From: Octopus sinensis
Lineage: Eukaryota
Direction of reading: 5' to 3'
NCBI RefSeq assembly: GCF_006345805.1
Contig: NC_042998.1
Coordinates: forward strand, 172,546,001-172,610,000
DNA length: 64,000 nt
The notes under the pieces are model-generated. The model did no database searches, was not told the origin of the DNA, and saw only the letters and a list, made by a program, of their open reading frames with translations. Of this stretch, positions 38,577-52,100 are shown piece after piece (the first letter of the stretch is position 1; each line of letters opens with the position of its first letter). Made by a program: the position numbers and the translations under genes.

Positions 38577-38986
38577 TCATTTCTTTATTGCCCACAGGGG
38601 GCTAAACACAGAAGGGACAAACAAGTTCAAAGGGATTAAGTCGATTACCTCGACCCCAGTGCGTAACTGGTACTTATTTAATTGATCCCGAAAGGATGAA
38701 TGGCAAAGTCGACCTCGATGGAATTTGAACAGAACGTAACGGCAGACGAAATATCTATTTCTTTACTAACCACAAGGGGCTAAACACAGAGAGGACAAAC
38801 AAGGGCAGGCCAACGGATTAAGTCGATTATATCGATCCCAGTGCGTAACTGGTACTTAATTTATCGACCCCGAAAGGATGAAAGGCAAAGTCGACCTCGG
38901 CGGAATTTGAACTCAGAACGTAACGGCAGACAAAATACGGCTACGCATTTCACCCGGCGTACTAACGTTTCTGCCAGCTCGCCGCC
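38577..38986 (-). mobile_element. Two head-to-tail SINE family B copies (full 38757-38986; 5'-truncated 38577-38752)
   Basis: The core and tail occur twice in tandem. Confidence 0.85.
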
Positions 38987-39426
38987 TTATGCACATATAT
39001 TCATATATAAATGCATACGTATATAGACATATAGAAATGTGTATATATATACACATATGTATATGCACACATATATATACATATACAAATGTGCACATAT
39101 ATACGTATATACATATATACAAAAGTATACATATATGCACATTTATAAATGCATAAATATATACACATATATAAAGGCATACATATATACGCATATATGC
39201 ATATATATAATATATATATATAATATATATATATTATATATAAATGTATACATATATACCCACTATAGACACATACCTACAAATAACTATATCCACAGTT
39301 ACATATTCGGGGACACGCACATATAAACATACCTACCTACCTACCTACCTACTACATACATACATACATACATACATACATACATACATACACACACACG
39401 CACACACATGTACGTATACAAACACT

Positions 39427-39598
39427 CTGCCGTTACGTTCTGAGTTCAAATTCCGCCGAGGTCGACTTTGCCTTTCATCCTTTCGGGGTCGATAAATTAA
39501 GTACCAGTTACGCACTGGGGTCGATGTAATCGTCTTAATCCGTTCGCCTGTCCTTGTTTGTCCCTTCTGTGTTTAGCCCCTTGTGGTTAGTAAAGAAA
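39427..39598 (+). mobile_element. SINE family B, 5'-truncated
   Basis: gttctgagttcaaattccgccgaggtcgactttgcctttcatcctttcggggtcgataaattaagtaccag. Confidence 0.88.
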
Positions 39599-39974
39599 TA
39601 CACATACAGATATATACTCACAACTACAGATATAAATGTACAAAATATGTAGACGCATATGCACATACATTTATTGGTGCTCTTAGGCGTATATGCATAC
39701 ACGGTCGCTTGAACGTGCAAAACATGTAAACAGCGGTGACGGTAATGGTGATGGGACGTCACATTTACGAACATATAGATGCTCATATAAAGACAGTCGT
39801 ATGTATAAACGTATATTTCTATGCCTAGATATCCATATGCATCTACGTCAACATGGATAAAGCGACAATTAGAGAGACGAGGCACAATACCGACCAGTCA
39901 TGTTATATTGTATGATATATATATATATATATTACATATATGTATATATATATATATATATACACAATACATAC

Positions 39975-40275
39975 ATATATATATATATATATATAACGGG
40001 AAGCTTTATGAAAATAAACAAAAGACGAAGGCAGGTGGAGTACAAACAAACAATTGTATTTATATGGCACTCAGGAAAATAAATAAAACAAGCCTTTTAC
40101 GTTTCCAGCCTACGCTCTTCAACAGAAAGATACGCAGAAAAGAAACATGGAGAGAAACAAGGAGAGAAAAAAATGCGTGCAGAAGCTAGCGATTCAACAT
40201 GGCGATTCTGGCCAGAAGTCAGAGATGAAACGTGAGAAGCAAGAGCAAAAATAGGGGAGATAACAGGGTCAAATG
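39975..40275 (-). mobile_element. Second copy of the ~300-bp hammerhead-bearing repeat
   Basis: Homologous to 34597-34895; TCTTT-CTGTTGA-A-GAGC(gtag)GCTG-GAAAC-GTA-AAAGG at 40130-40093. Confidence 0.72.
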
Positions 40276-40382
40276 ACTTCGCCCCAACATAAGGGTGCGT
40301 GTGTGTATGAGAGAGTATGTGGTGCGTATGAAAGGTCTGGACGTGTGTATGTATGTATGTATGATGTGATGTGTAATGTCGT

Positions 40383-40735
40383 ATGGTGTAGTGTAGAGAG
40401 GGGAGATGAGGGTGAGAGAGAGAAGAGGGAGGAGAGGAGGAGGAGAGGGGGAGGAGAGGGGGAGGAGGAGGGAGGAAGATGAGGGGGGAGAGGGGAGGAG
40501 AGGAGAGTGATGGGAGAGGGGGGAGAGGGGAAGAGGTGGAAGGAGAGAGGATGGAGGAGGGAGAAGAGGAAAGGTGAGAGAGAGGGGGAGGGGAGGGTGA
40601 GATGGTGAGTGAGAGGGGGAAGGAAAGAAGGAAGAGATGAGGGTGTGGTGAGATGAGATGAGAGGGGAGGGGGAGAAGGAAAGAGAATAAGAGGGGGGAG
40701 GAGGAGGGGAGGGGGAGAAGGAAGGAGAGGAGAAT
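40383..40735 (+). repeat. G/A-rich polypurine low-complexity tract
   Basis: Directly visible; source of the Pro/Ser/Leu-rich minus-strand ORFs. Confidence 0.9.
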
Positions 40736-40757
40736 ATATACATATATACATATATTC

Positions 40758-40798
<41 letters not shown>

Positions 40799-41469
40799 AT
40801 ATATATAGAGAGAGAGAGAGAGTGAGAGAGTGAGAGAGACGTGTGTGTATGTGTGTGAATGTAAATGAATGACATTAGTATAACTAAAAAGAAGTAACTG
40901 AATAAATATCAAATAAACAATAGAATAAAGAAATAAATAAAAACAAATGTGCATAAATAAAAGTCAGTGACCGATCACTGACCTTTATTCGTATCCATTT
41001 ATTTTCACCTGTTTAATTATATCTTTTATTCATTAATGTATTATTCATTAATGAATTATTAAATTTCTCTCTTCTATGTGTTTATGTATGTATGTCATTA
41101 TTCAGTTATATTTCAAAATTTCTTGCCAAAAGAGAAAGAGTCGGTTTCTAACCGAGATCCAAGGTTCCTTCATTAGAATTTCAACATCAACAACAGCCGT
41201 TCAAGAATTTGGACCTGGAGATCTCCATTTCCAGCGACTTCGAAGGCCATCTCCCAGTGGTGTCGTGCGTCAACGAAGAGCCCTCGACTACAACAAGACG
41301 ACCAAAGGTTTATTTTTTCAAGGTCTGGGGTCTCCCACCCCAAGCCCTAGACTATCACCTAATCACCCTTACCCCTCTTGTTGCTTAACAACAACAACAA
41401 CATCAACAACAAAGTATTTTTGTATGTATGTATGTATGTATGTATGTAAGTATACGTGCAGATTGTATG

Positions 41470-41765
41470 TTTTGTTTTACGTATGTTTTCTCATGTTTAT
41501 AGTTGCATGTCTAGACATTCTCATATATACTTAAATGATAAACTTATGGAAAGTTTTACTGATTTTTTACAGTTCCAGAGATAATTTGGATATGTAGTCT
41601 TTGAATCAACTTTCTCCTTTCTGGTTTCGAGAAGCGTAGTTTCTCAAGATTATTATTTAGTCAGTGCTACATATCCCAGTGCCCCAATAATTACAGGTAT
41701 AAAACCTTAACTTGTAATCTGGATAAAGTAACTACAGATTTCTCAATAGTTCAATGTGTATGATT
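41470..41765 (-). mobile_element. 3' fragment of an RLE-type non-LTR retrotransposon
   Basis: With frameshifts, the minus strand reads ELLRNL.LLYPDYK..PVIIGALG..FSKPERRKLIQRL.IQ.ISGTVK, an RLE C-terminus. Confidence 0.6.
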
Positions 41766-43103
41766 AGACTGGTGAGATAAGTCAAAATGAGAACAGGAAG
41801 AGAAAATGAGGGGGAAAACAGAAAAAAGAAGAGACAAAAATGTGAAGAGTGAAAAAAGCGAAGAAAGGGTGAAAGAAGAGAGAAAAGGAGTATTAGTTGG
41901 TGGTCAAGATAATGTGATGGGAGGATGGGAGAGGACTGGGGGAGGGATAGGGAGAGATGAGAAGGTATGATTAAGTGTGAGATATGTGAATAGGGGTGAT
42001 GTGATAGAGTTGCATTAAGGGATGGGTAGATAAAAGGTATGAGTGGGGTTTAGTAGTAAAATTTAAAGTGTGAAATACGTGAGTTGGTATGATATGATAG
42101 CGCTGCATTAAGGGATGGGTAGAGAAAAGGTGTAAGTGGTGTTCAGTAGTAAAATTTAAAGTAGAAGGTAGAATACAAGGATGTCAAATTTCTATAAACA
42201 GACGTATGCGATTGCATACGTTACTGTGATAGTTAGGAATCAAAGAGGAGGAAAGAAGGTATAATGATATATGTACGCGCACACACATACATATATACGT
42301 GCGCATAACAAACACACATATACATATATATACATATGCATATACATTCACATACATATATATACATGCATACTCACGCGCATCCGTAAATGTATTCATA
42401 CACGCATATGTATGCGCTTACATATACACATATATGCACATATACATACATACGCGCAGGCGCACATGCGCTTACACACAGTCACACGCACTCACGCATA
42501 CAAGTACATACGTATAGATATATACACATAGTCACATTCATATATATTTGTATATACATATACACATACATACACACACATAGGTGGCGTTGTCACATGC
42601 TGATGACGAGTCAATAGCAAGAAACTCGGGTCCTCGTGTATCACATCAAGCTGTAAATGGGAACGATAACTTCACTTTGCAAATACTGGTAGGGCACAGA
42701 TAGTGTGTCAATAGCGAGCTGGAGGATGTGTCTTTCTGGGGCTACAAGCTACAGTAGCATCGACCCTTAAGGGTTCGTCACATTAAGGTGGTAAATATAC
42801 TTCACGATGTCGTGTTGCTACTGTTTATCCTCACTCAGAGATTTATTATTGCTTTGATATATAAATATATATTATGGAGATGTACTTGCATAGCCAGTAA
42901 CCTGATCTGAGATCGTGTGCTGGAACGGAAACAATTGCAGCGTGGAAGGTGTTTATAAGCCATTTAAGAAACACACAAAAGCCGTTAGATTCACTTCAAC
43001 ATCTAAATTTAATTTGTCAAAATATTTTCGCCGCTTTGAGACAGATATATATATATATACACATACATACACGAATATACAGGAGCACACATTTACACAC
43101 ACG

Positions 43104-43980
43104 CTTGGTTGTAATACGGTGCATCGTTACTGAATATTTCCTCAGTGGAAGAGAAATCAGATATAGGGATCGTGATACCCTTGACTATGTTATCAAAGGT
43201 GGATTTGTGGTGACTGGAATGATTGTTTAAGTATTTAAGGTATTGGTTACGTTTGTTATAATGAGAGTATTGAGAGGTTTCTAAGTTTAAAGTTACGTCT
43301 AAATGGTTAGTAGTTTTGTGTATTTTTCATAAGTAATAGACAGATTTAGGCTAGAAAAAAAATTGTGTAGATCTTTTCTAGCTCATTCTAAAAATGATTT
43401 ATTTACGCTCTTGGTTACTTGCAAGGCTTCATCTTTGTAGAGGCCTCCTTTAAATTTGGGAAATGTATTTGGAGCTGGTGGAGTACGTATAGTCCAAGGA
43501 GGTCGGTGACATGGGCGGAGTCGGATAATCCCATGGTAATGTCAAATAAATTGCTATGGTTATTGGTATTGTTATGGTTATTGGCTCGGCACCAGAGTTT
43601 ATCCTCAATAGAAATAATGGTTTTACGGGCATTAAAGATTATGTTAATTTCTAGTGTGGTAAGGTTAGTTAGATTCCTAGCTAGAGGGAGAGCTTGATTA
43701 AGAAGTTTGGGAGAAATAGAAAAGTAGTAATTATTTATATCGAATTGTAGGAAGCTCTTCTTGTTTAAGAGATTGGACCATGTTATAACTTCACCTGTAC
43801 AGGAGCATAAGTTGACGCTTGATTTCTCCTTGACGATTGATATTATTTTGTGAAACAATAATTTTGCTTATGTCCCTTTCCTTATAAATGTCCTGAAAAC
43901 TCCTCACAGCCTTGGCTTTGTTATATCATTTTGTCTAATACAAATATGCATACTAATACAAGACCCATATTACACTCCTC
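43104..43980 (-). pseudogene. AT-rich Penelope-like RT fragment (palm to thumb)
   Basis: LQFDINNYYFSIS, FDITMGLSDSAHVTDLLGLYVL, then LDVTLNL..HSSHHKSTFDNIVK..APYYNQA. Confidence 0.8.
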
Positions 43981-44152
43981 ACCGGTATCCCTATCGAACC
44001 AAGAGTTCCATAGCACTTAGCGTTACCTGCAACTCTTTGAGTTTTCTTGATATACATACATAAATGCATACATATATATTTATATATATATATAAACACA
44101 CACACACATACACACAATATATATATTAAATATATATATATAATAATATATA

Positions 44153-44211
<59 letters not shown>

Positions 44212-44222
44212 TAACATATATA

Positions 44223-44263
<41 letters not shown>

Positions 44264-44339
44264 TTTTTTCTCTGCAGTTTCAGCGCAGATCTGCAGCCAT
44301 ACTGATGCACCGCCGTTTTTCTTCACTACTATTAAAATA

Positions 44340-46039
44340 TGTGACACTTGGTGAAGAATGGAGTTTGATATAGCTACCCTCATTTTCACCTCTTGCCGTG
44401 AGGTAGGTTCATCTGGGATTCTCGAGAGGAAGAGGTCCAGCCTTGATTTTAAAACGCCTACATCTACTTTGTGCTGGTTCCTCAGGCTCTTTGGGAGAAT
44501 ATTAAAAAATGTGGTATTCTGAAACCCAGGCTGTTGCAGTAACTGGTCTTGAAGCGCGATGGCATTGCTGGCATCTTTAGCACTATGCAGCGTCGACCCG
44601 TTCTGGTATTGGTGTAGCTTTCAATGCCAAAATTTGGCCCAATTGCTTCCAGAATCTTCAAGATGTATATTATGCAGTTTGCAGCATATCATACCATGAT
44701 CCACTTTATCAAAAGCCTTTGCAAAATCAAGGTATATTACGTCCACATTTGAGTTGTTGAGTAACAGTCTCAATACCCAGTCATAATGTTGCAAGAGCTG
44801 AATCAGGTAGCTCCTACCTGGTTGAAGCCATGCGGGGTATCACTCAGCATGTTATTTTCCTCAAGGAATGCAAATTGTTTCCAAACCCGTTCCATGACTT
44901 TCCTGATGTGTGAAATCAGAAAGATGTGACTATAGTTTTTGGCATCTGCTCTGATTCCCCCTTTATGGATTGGGCATATTATTCCCTCCTTCAGCTTTCT
45001 TGGCCATTTGCAAGAAAGCTCTGGAAAAGAATCTGGAGGGGTTTTGCCAGGGCACGCTTACACGATTTGAGGAGGATTGCTGGGAAACCATCAGGACCAA
45101 CAGTTAAGCTTGCGTTCACCTCATCTATGGCTAGTAGTATATCTTCTTCACTAATGTCGATGTATTCTATCGTAACTGCCTCGCTGGTTATAGGTGAGAA
45201 ACAAACAAGTTAACTGGTTCGTTCACTTGTCTGTGTTCCAATAGGGTGGTAAAGACATTTTTCAACTGGCCATTCAGTACCTCATTGATCCTCTGAGGGA
45301 GACATCCTTTTGGAAGAGAGGTCCTATCTTAGAGCGTACTGAGGCTGTTTCTTTCGTGTTTGAAAGAAGGCCTTTGGGTTTGACTTAATGTTTTTTATAA
45401 CCCAGGCTTCTTTGTCTGCTCTCTCCCTCACATAAGATCGTTGCAGTCTTTTTTCAATCTGCATCAGTGTTGTTTTTAGGCAGGATCTTCCGCTACTTTT
45501 AGGATGTTGGTTGAGTCGATCTGCAACATTCGTCCGTCGTCTCCCTCTCCCTTGGAATCGCGTTCCTATTTGTTTACCCTTGGACTCTGGGACATATTTC
45601 TAGCATATGGCTTGCACAACAGACATGAAATATTCTAGTTTCATATCAATATCTGGTGTGGAGAGACATTTCGGCCAGTCCTGTCTGAGAATCTCTTTTT
45701 GGATCGATTTCCAATCTGCTTTGTGGAAGTTCACATTGGAGAGATTTCGGGTGCTTCCTTTAGTCTCTGGTTACTTTCGGCCCAAATATAGACAGCTCTG
45801 TTATGTTTTGATCTGAGACTAATGTCGGCGTCACTTTCACATCATGAACGATGTCCATATTGTTCGTGAAGTAGAGATCCAAAATGTTATTCGCCCTAGT
45901 TGGTCTGAGTACAGCTTGCTTCATGAATAGGGCATTGGTGAGGTTGAGCAGGGATGCCACCTGTGCTTGCTTGCAATGAGTCATTCCTGAGGGCATGAGA
46001 CCTTTGTGCCATTTGACGTTGGAGAATTTGAAATCACCC

Positions 46040-46042
<3 letters not shown>
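44340..46042 (-). mobile_element. Internally deleted CR1/L2-group LINE remnant (APE endonuclease + partial RT)
   Basis: GDFKFSNVKW..PTRANNILDLYFTN..SDQN (endonuclease); VDVIYLDFAKAFDKVDHG (RT). Confidence 0.85.
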
Positions 46043-46090
<48 letters not shown>

Positions 46091-46190
46091 AACCACTATC
46101 TAGTTAGTGACAAGATATTATCTATAATGATCACATGGAAATTAATTAAATAAAAATTTTATAATTATTATTCTAAAAATTAAACATTAA

Positions 46191-46322
46191 ATTGACTACG
46201 CGCGTTTCATGACTAAATATAATAGATAAGATTAAAATTTGATTTTAAAAAAAATTAATTTTTAAAAATTTAAAAATTCAATATTAATTCAATTAAAAAA
46301 TATTCAGCCACTCTTCAGGTAA
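46191..46322 (-). ncRNA. Type I hammerhead motif with long AT-rich stem II insertion
   Basis: CUGAAGA-GUGGCU[~95 nt AT-rich]AGUCAU-GAAAC-GCGC-GUA-GUCAA. The inverted partial copy at 46684 supplies stem I UUGAC. Confidence 0.65.
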
Positions 46323-46748
46323 AAAAATAACATAAATGAATTTAGATATTATAATAAAAGCAATAAATATATAAATACATGTATATTAACAGTAAATAAT
46401 TCAATAAAATTTAACAATATTAATGTAAAGCAAAACATGACTTATCATATTGATGAAAACCAGTTAAAAGAAAATTTAAACTTTAAACTTACAATAAAGC
46501 GTTGTAAAACGCTAGATTGTAAGTTTAAAATTTCTTTTAACTGGTTTTCGTCAATAAGATAAGTCATGTTTTTGCTTTACATTATTATTGTTAAATTCTA
46601 TTGAATTATTTACAGTTAATATACATATATTTATATATTTACTGTTTTTATTAGAATATCCAAATTTATTTACGTAATTTTTTTGACCTGAAGAGTGGCT
46701 AAATATTTTAAAATTGAATTAATATTGAATTAAAATTTTTTTAAAATT
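46255..46748. repeat. AT-rich fold-back, ~245-bp arms, loop at ~46504-46507
   Basis: tcagccactcttcagg...agcgtt / aacgct...cctgaagagtggctaa. Confidence 0.9.
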
Positions 46749-46754
46749 AAGTTC

Positions 46755-47130
46755 ACAAGACAAATGAAAATATAAGAAATAAAGAACGATTTCCTACGTG
46801 CCATTGGTTTCACTTGTTAATATCTACGTATGCAAACAGGCAGATATCTGAAGATCGTCAGCATAGTCGTTTGCTTACAAAACACAATTTCCAGAACTAG
46901 ATACAGAACACTCAACCTAAATCGAGCATGGATATACAGAGAATACTTTCACGCTCGATTTCGGTTGAGCGTTCTGTATCTAGTTCTGAAAATTGTATTT
47001 TGTAAGCGACAGACTACACTGACGATCTTGCAGATATCTGCGTGTTTGCATACGTAGATATTAACAAATGAAACCAATGGTACGTAGGTAATCACTTTTT
47101 ATTTCGTATATTTTCATTTATCTTGCTCAT
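46755..47130. mobile_element. Fold-back / MITE-like element, ~175-bp arms, ~25-bp spacer
   Basis: cctacgtgccattggtttcacttgttaatatctacgtatgcaaac...ctcaacctaaatcgagc versus gctcgatttcggttgag...gtttgcatacgtagatattaacaaatgaaaccaatggtacgtagg. Confidence 0.85.
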
Positions 47131-47159
47131 TTTTACATTTTGGCGTCACCATTTTACAT

Positions 47160-47940
47160 TACAGTCACCATAAATCCACCTTTGATAACATAGTCAAGAA
47201 TCACGATCCCCATATCTGACTTCTTTTCCACTGAGGAAATATTCAATAACCACGCACCGTATTACAACCAAGCGGTCACTGCCAGCGCCTTCTCCCAACA
47301 AATATAATACATCACTAATACTAGGCTCAAGCAACATATATCTCAAATCACAACGCAACGATACACCAACCATCAGAATCACACCAGACCACACATACAC
47401 TATGCTAGAATCCCGGGAGAACCCGCATTAAGAAAACCCAATACCCACACGCACACCTATAACATTAGGTCAAAAGCAAAAACAGCTAAAGTAGCTGACA
47501 ACAAAGGGCCATTTCCAAAAAATATAGACAGCACTACCTCTACGCACCCCAAAACATGTGGCGGACATTCTATTCTATGGTATACACCCTCTACGCACTA
47601 AACGTTAAGGGCTTAGCTAAATCCTTCTTTAATATACTGGGCTCCAACTTCCCTTGTCAACATAAATATCACTCTATCTTTAATAGATCTACCCTGAAGC
47701 TATCCTATTCCATCCCACCTAACTTCGAGTCTATCATAGCAGCCTGTAATAGACAAAAGCCTTTTATCTACTATCAAAACTCACACTATAACAATTCTGA
47801 ATACACGAGCGTCCAACATATACACAGTTCCAGCATTGAACCTCATACGTTAGACCATAACCATAACCCAACTTATCCACAATGCTATCACAACTTCCAC
47901 AATGCTACCACAACTTCCAACATCGTTAGAGATAATTAAC
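47160..47940 (+). pseudogene. AT-rich Penelope-like fragment (RT thumb to linker)
   Basis: SHHKSTFDNIVK..APYYNQA, later FPCQHKYHSIFNRSTLKLSYS; same subfamily as 43104-43980. Confidence 0.75.
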
Positions 47941-48689
47941 AACAACGATAGCAATAATAACGATAATAGTAATAATAATAGTAATAACGTATTTTAGATT
48001 TCATTTCGAAGGTTAATACATTGATAAAACGATCAAACATTTTTAATAATCATACTTTATATATTTATATATTTATCTATTAATACAATATCCTTTTGGA
48101 CGTATATTTTCTTTGATGATTTTCCTGCTCTTATTCTGTGATGTAATATATAATCGCTTTTATTAAATGTCTAAATACCTTTAAGGTTTTAGATATTTCC
48201 CTACCAAGAGCACTAATTCGAAACTTAGTATACTGTATTCCCATTGAATATATTCCATTAACTATATATATATTTATATGTAGATATTATATATAATATG
48301 TATACACATATATACATACATGCATGCATACACACACACACACACACACACACATATATTTCCTTCATATCTTCCCCACACATCTGACCTCTCGCACATA
48401 CTATTGAATGTATGTTAGTTTTCTGACATTTCCGCTAACACATCGTATTTCTGCTACCAATAATAATGGTTTCTGATTCAGACACAAGGTCAGCAATTTT
48501 GAGATGAGCGAGTTTGTCGAGTATACTCATTCCAGCTTTTAGACTGGTACATTTAAGAATCTATTCAGATTGGTCCTTTGTGTACAATTGGTATTTTACA
48601 ATGTATTTTGATTGGTATTTTATCTAGAATCTATTTAGATTGGTACTTTATTTACAATGTAGTCAAACAGAAGAAAAATTGCGCCAACT

Positions 48690-50150
48690 AACGACTTAAT
48701 TTAAGAAGAATAGAAAGTGATTCTTTTGACGTAATAATCGGAGAATCCAAACGAAGAATCTTAAAGAGAACGTCCAGTGTTCAGAATTAAAACAAAAACT
48801 CACCATAACAAATATGACAGCGTATGAAGTTAGCAGACATATCTTTGCTCTGTATCATACTTGTACGTCCAGCAAGAATGAAAGAATTTCGAAAGGTTAG
48901 TATCGGGCAATAATTTTGCTACAAACAACGGTACCTTTTTTTTAAGATGATTTTCTTTGATAAATTTATTGACGACACGCTGAAGCAGAGGTGCAGCATT
49001 TCTAGCGTTCATAGCCACTCGAGTAAATTGATACAGCCTTGCAGCTGCTTAGAAATCTGTGCATGGTATTTCCATAATAATAAGTGCTACTTAGATCAAT
49101 TTTACTATATTATTTGTTTGGCTATAACATTGACCAGATCATCTATACAGGGAATTGGATAAGCATCAAGCTCTGTAAAATGGTTGTCAGCTTGAGAGAA
49201 ATCGAATATAAGTATTTTTTAAAAACCAGAATTGCCTGTAACACATAAAATCTGTGCCTGCCATTGTGAATTACTTGATTCTTTGATACCTTTTCTGAAA
49301 AGTTTTGGAATTTCTGTTTCCATAGCTTTATTTCCTACGATATATTGGCAAAGTTTAGTTGCAATAGGTTTGCAGTTTCCAGTAAGTTTGTGAAAAGTTT
49401 TTATTAGGTTTCTCGCTCAACTGTAATTAAGTGAACCATAAATAAAAATGTACTGATGGTCTGTATATGACTCTAATTGTTTACTTAATTAAAAAATTAT
49501 TATAGCGTAATCATATCAGAACAAAGTTGTGGAAGATTAGAAAGTCTTGTTTTTATTCTCATTTAGGCATTTTAACAATATGTGCTCCGTTAATTAGTGC
49601 TGTTATGGAATTTGCCACGGAAACAACATCAATTTTAGATATATTTTCACATCGATTTCATTTAGCTGATTTTTGACATTAAATTTTCTGATGAATCTAT
49701 ATCTATGATAATTTTGATTCCTTTGTCAATAATTTTCTCCGTGATCGAAGGTGAAATAGGTTCGTAACAGACCATACAGTTACTAGAAGAAAAAAAATTA
49801 AGACTGCATAATTGACGATAATGTCTTACATTGTGAGATAGTAAAGTTGTAGTAATAAATTCTCAATGAGTAGATCAATATCCTATTTTGTTTTACATAT
49901 CCAATAACCAGCCCTTTTAAGCGGATATCAGGCATGGATGTGGATTTTCGAGTTGCCACAGACAAAAACACGTTGTCTAAAGTTTAGGGCTTGCTGTGGA
50001 GGTAGACGCGGTTTGTTCACTAGAGTAGAAGGTATTAATACTATGACCTACCTGTCCATTTACACTTTCTACAGATGGCACGCTTTTCAAGATACACAGT
50101 GTGCCTTGTTCAAATTCATTATTGTGCATGATAAATTAATATCTAGATAA
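48690..50150 (-). pseudogene. Highly decayed Ty3/gypsy gag-pol remnant
   Basis: Piecing frames gives ICRKCK (knuckle), IDSSEN (protease-like), LFTNLTGNCKPIATK..KGIKESSNSQWQAQ, FTELDAYPIPCIDDLVN..YSKIDL, NAAPLLQRVVNKFI (RT). Confidence 0.7.
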
Positions 50151-51321
50151 TATTCTTCAATCGATTTAAAAGTGGTATTACTAGCAGCCGAAAGACGATG
50201 TAACGACATAATTTTATATAATTAAGTAGTTCTTAAATCCAATGTTTTCTTATTTAAGATGGTAGGATATGATTTGAGAGAGATTTGGCAGCTATTTCTA
50301 GTCGACCATACAACTACGTCGAGGTGCCCCATCACGTTACATGAATGAGTGAAATTTCGACGTAGTAAGTGGCCACTTGTTATGGCCCAAGAAAAATCTT
50401 TTACTTTTTTCTACCAGACTGACCATATTACATCCGGAGTGAGATGCATCATCGAATCGTTGAATTGTATAAAGTTAGGGTTAACATATTCAGATTTGAT
50501 GCAAGTGGCAGTAAAAATATAACCAGAGATAATTATGCGGTAAAATAAAACAATATTTGTAACAATATTTGTAGATATATTTTATTTCAGTAACAACGGC
50601 TAACAACTTAGGGCATATTTCGGCCTTACGGTTATCCTCAGCGGCTCATAGACTTCACTGCACTGACTAGAATAGGGAAGGGAAATCAGGAAATATATTC
50701 GTACTAAAATTGTTTAGATAACAGATTACTCAAAAACGCCATCATATTTGTGAATTTGAATAAGTTTCCCTCGCAAGAATAAAAGACTAACAAATAACAA
50801 CTTGAATGAATGGATGAATAAATGAATTAGTCAATGAAACAATAAACGAATAAAAGAAAGATACAAAGAAAAAATAAAAAAAAAGATCTATATTTATTGC
50901 AAAGTGGAGTTGGATGTAAAATTAAGAGAAATGTGAAACCCGATTCCTGGTTACTTGTTACTGAGATGCGATCTGCGGCAACAGTAGAAGATAAATCCCT
51001 TGTAACCTAGGTTGTATACCATTGCAATAAATCAAAAGAAGACATATTAGTCGATTAGCAAACGATAAGGCAATAAAACAACAACAACAACATCAATAGC
51101 ATCATCAATAACGGTGACAAGAACTACGATGACGACGACATTCAAAAAGGAGAGAGAGAGAGAGAGAGAGAGAGAAGAAAAAAAATGGACGAACATTAAG
51201 GATGACACGACAACAGCAACGCCGCCGCCGACGATAGCGAAGACGAGGATGACTGCAATAGTAATATAGCGACAAAGACGAAGGCAATAACAGAAGCAGC
51301 TACAACGACACCCATAACAGT

Positions 51322-51352
<31 letters not shown>

Positions 51353-51649
51353 GCTACATCAACAGCGATAACTACACCGCATCAACAGCAAGAGTAATGT
51401 CAACAGTAACAAACAACAGTAATAGCAATCATTCTCACAAAGGTCCATGCATACAAGCAAAATGAATCATATCAGAGTGGTTAAAAAGACTGCATGGAAA
51501 TATTCGTACATGGGGGGGGGGGTTTAGCTATTTCGCCATAGCCCACCATCAGATGCGGACAACCTGTGTGTATATACGGCCGTGGAACTTTAACGCAATT
51601 AATATTGGTACTGAAACCTATGCGATTCAGTTGTCGCGTGTCGAGCACA

Positions 51650-51889
<240 letters not shown>

Positions 51890-51890
<1 letters not shown>

Positions 51891-52100
51891 TATATGTTTG
51901 TGTGTCTGTGTTTGTCTCCCCAACATCGCTTGACAACCGATGCTGATGTGTTTACGTCTCCGTAACTTAGCGGTTCGGCAAAAGCGACCGATAGAATAAG
52001 TACTAGGCTCACAAAGAATAAGTCCTGGAGTCGATTTGCTCAACTAAAGGCGGTGCTCCAGCATGACCACAGTCAAATGACTGAAATAAGTAAAAGAGAG
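51890..52100 (+). mobile_element. SINE family A, 3' half
   Basis: Matches 35360-35563. Confidence 0.85.

Noticed and set aside
42595-42640. CTGATGA...GAAAC-TCGG-GTC hammerhead-like string (similar weak strings at ~9330-9410 and ~50610-50650)
   Set aside because: Core words are present but stems I and II do not pair; at best dead relics.
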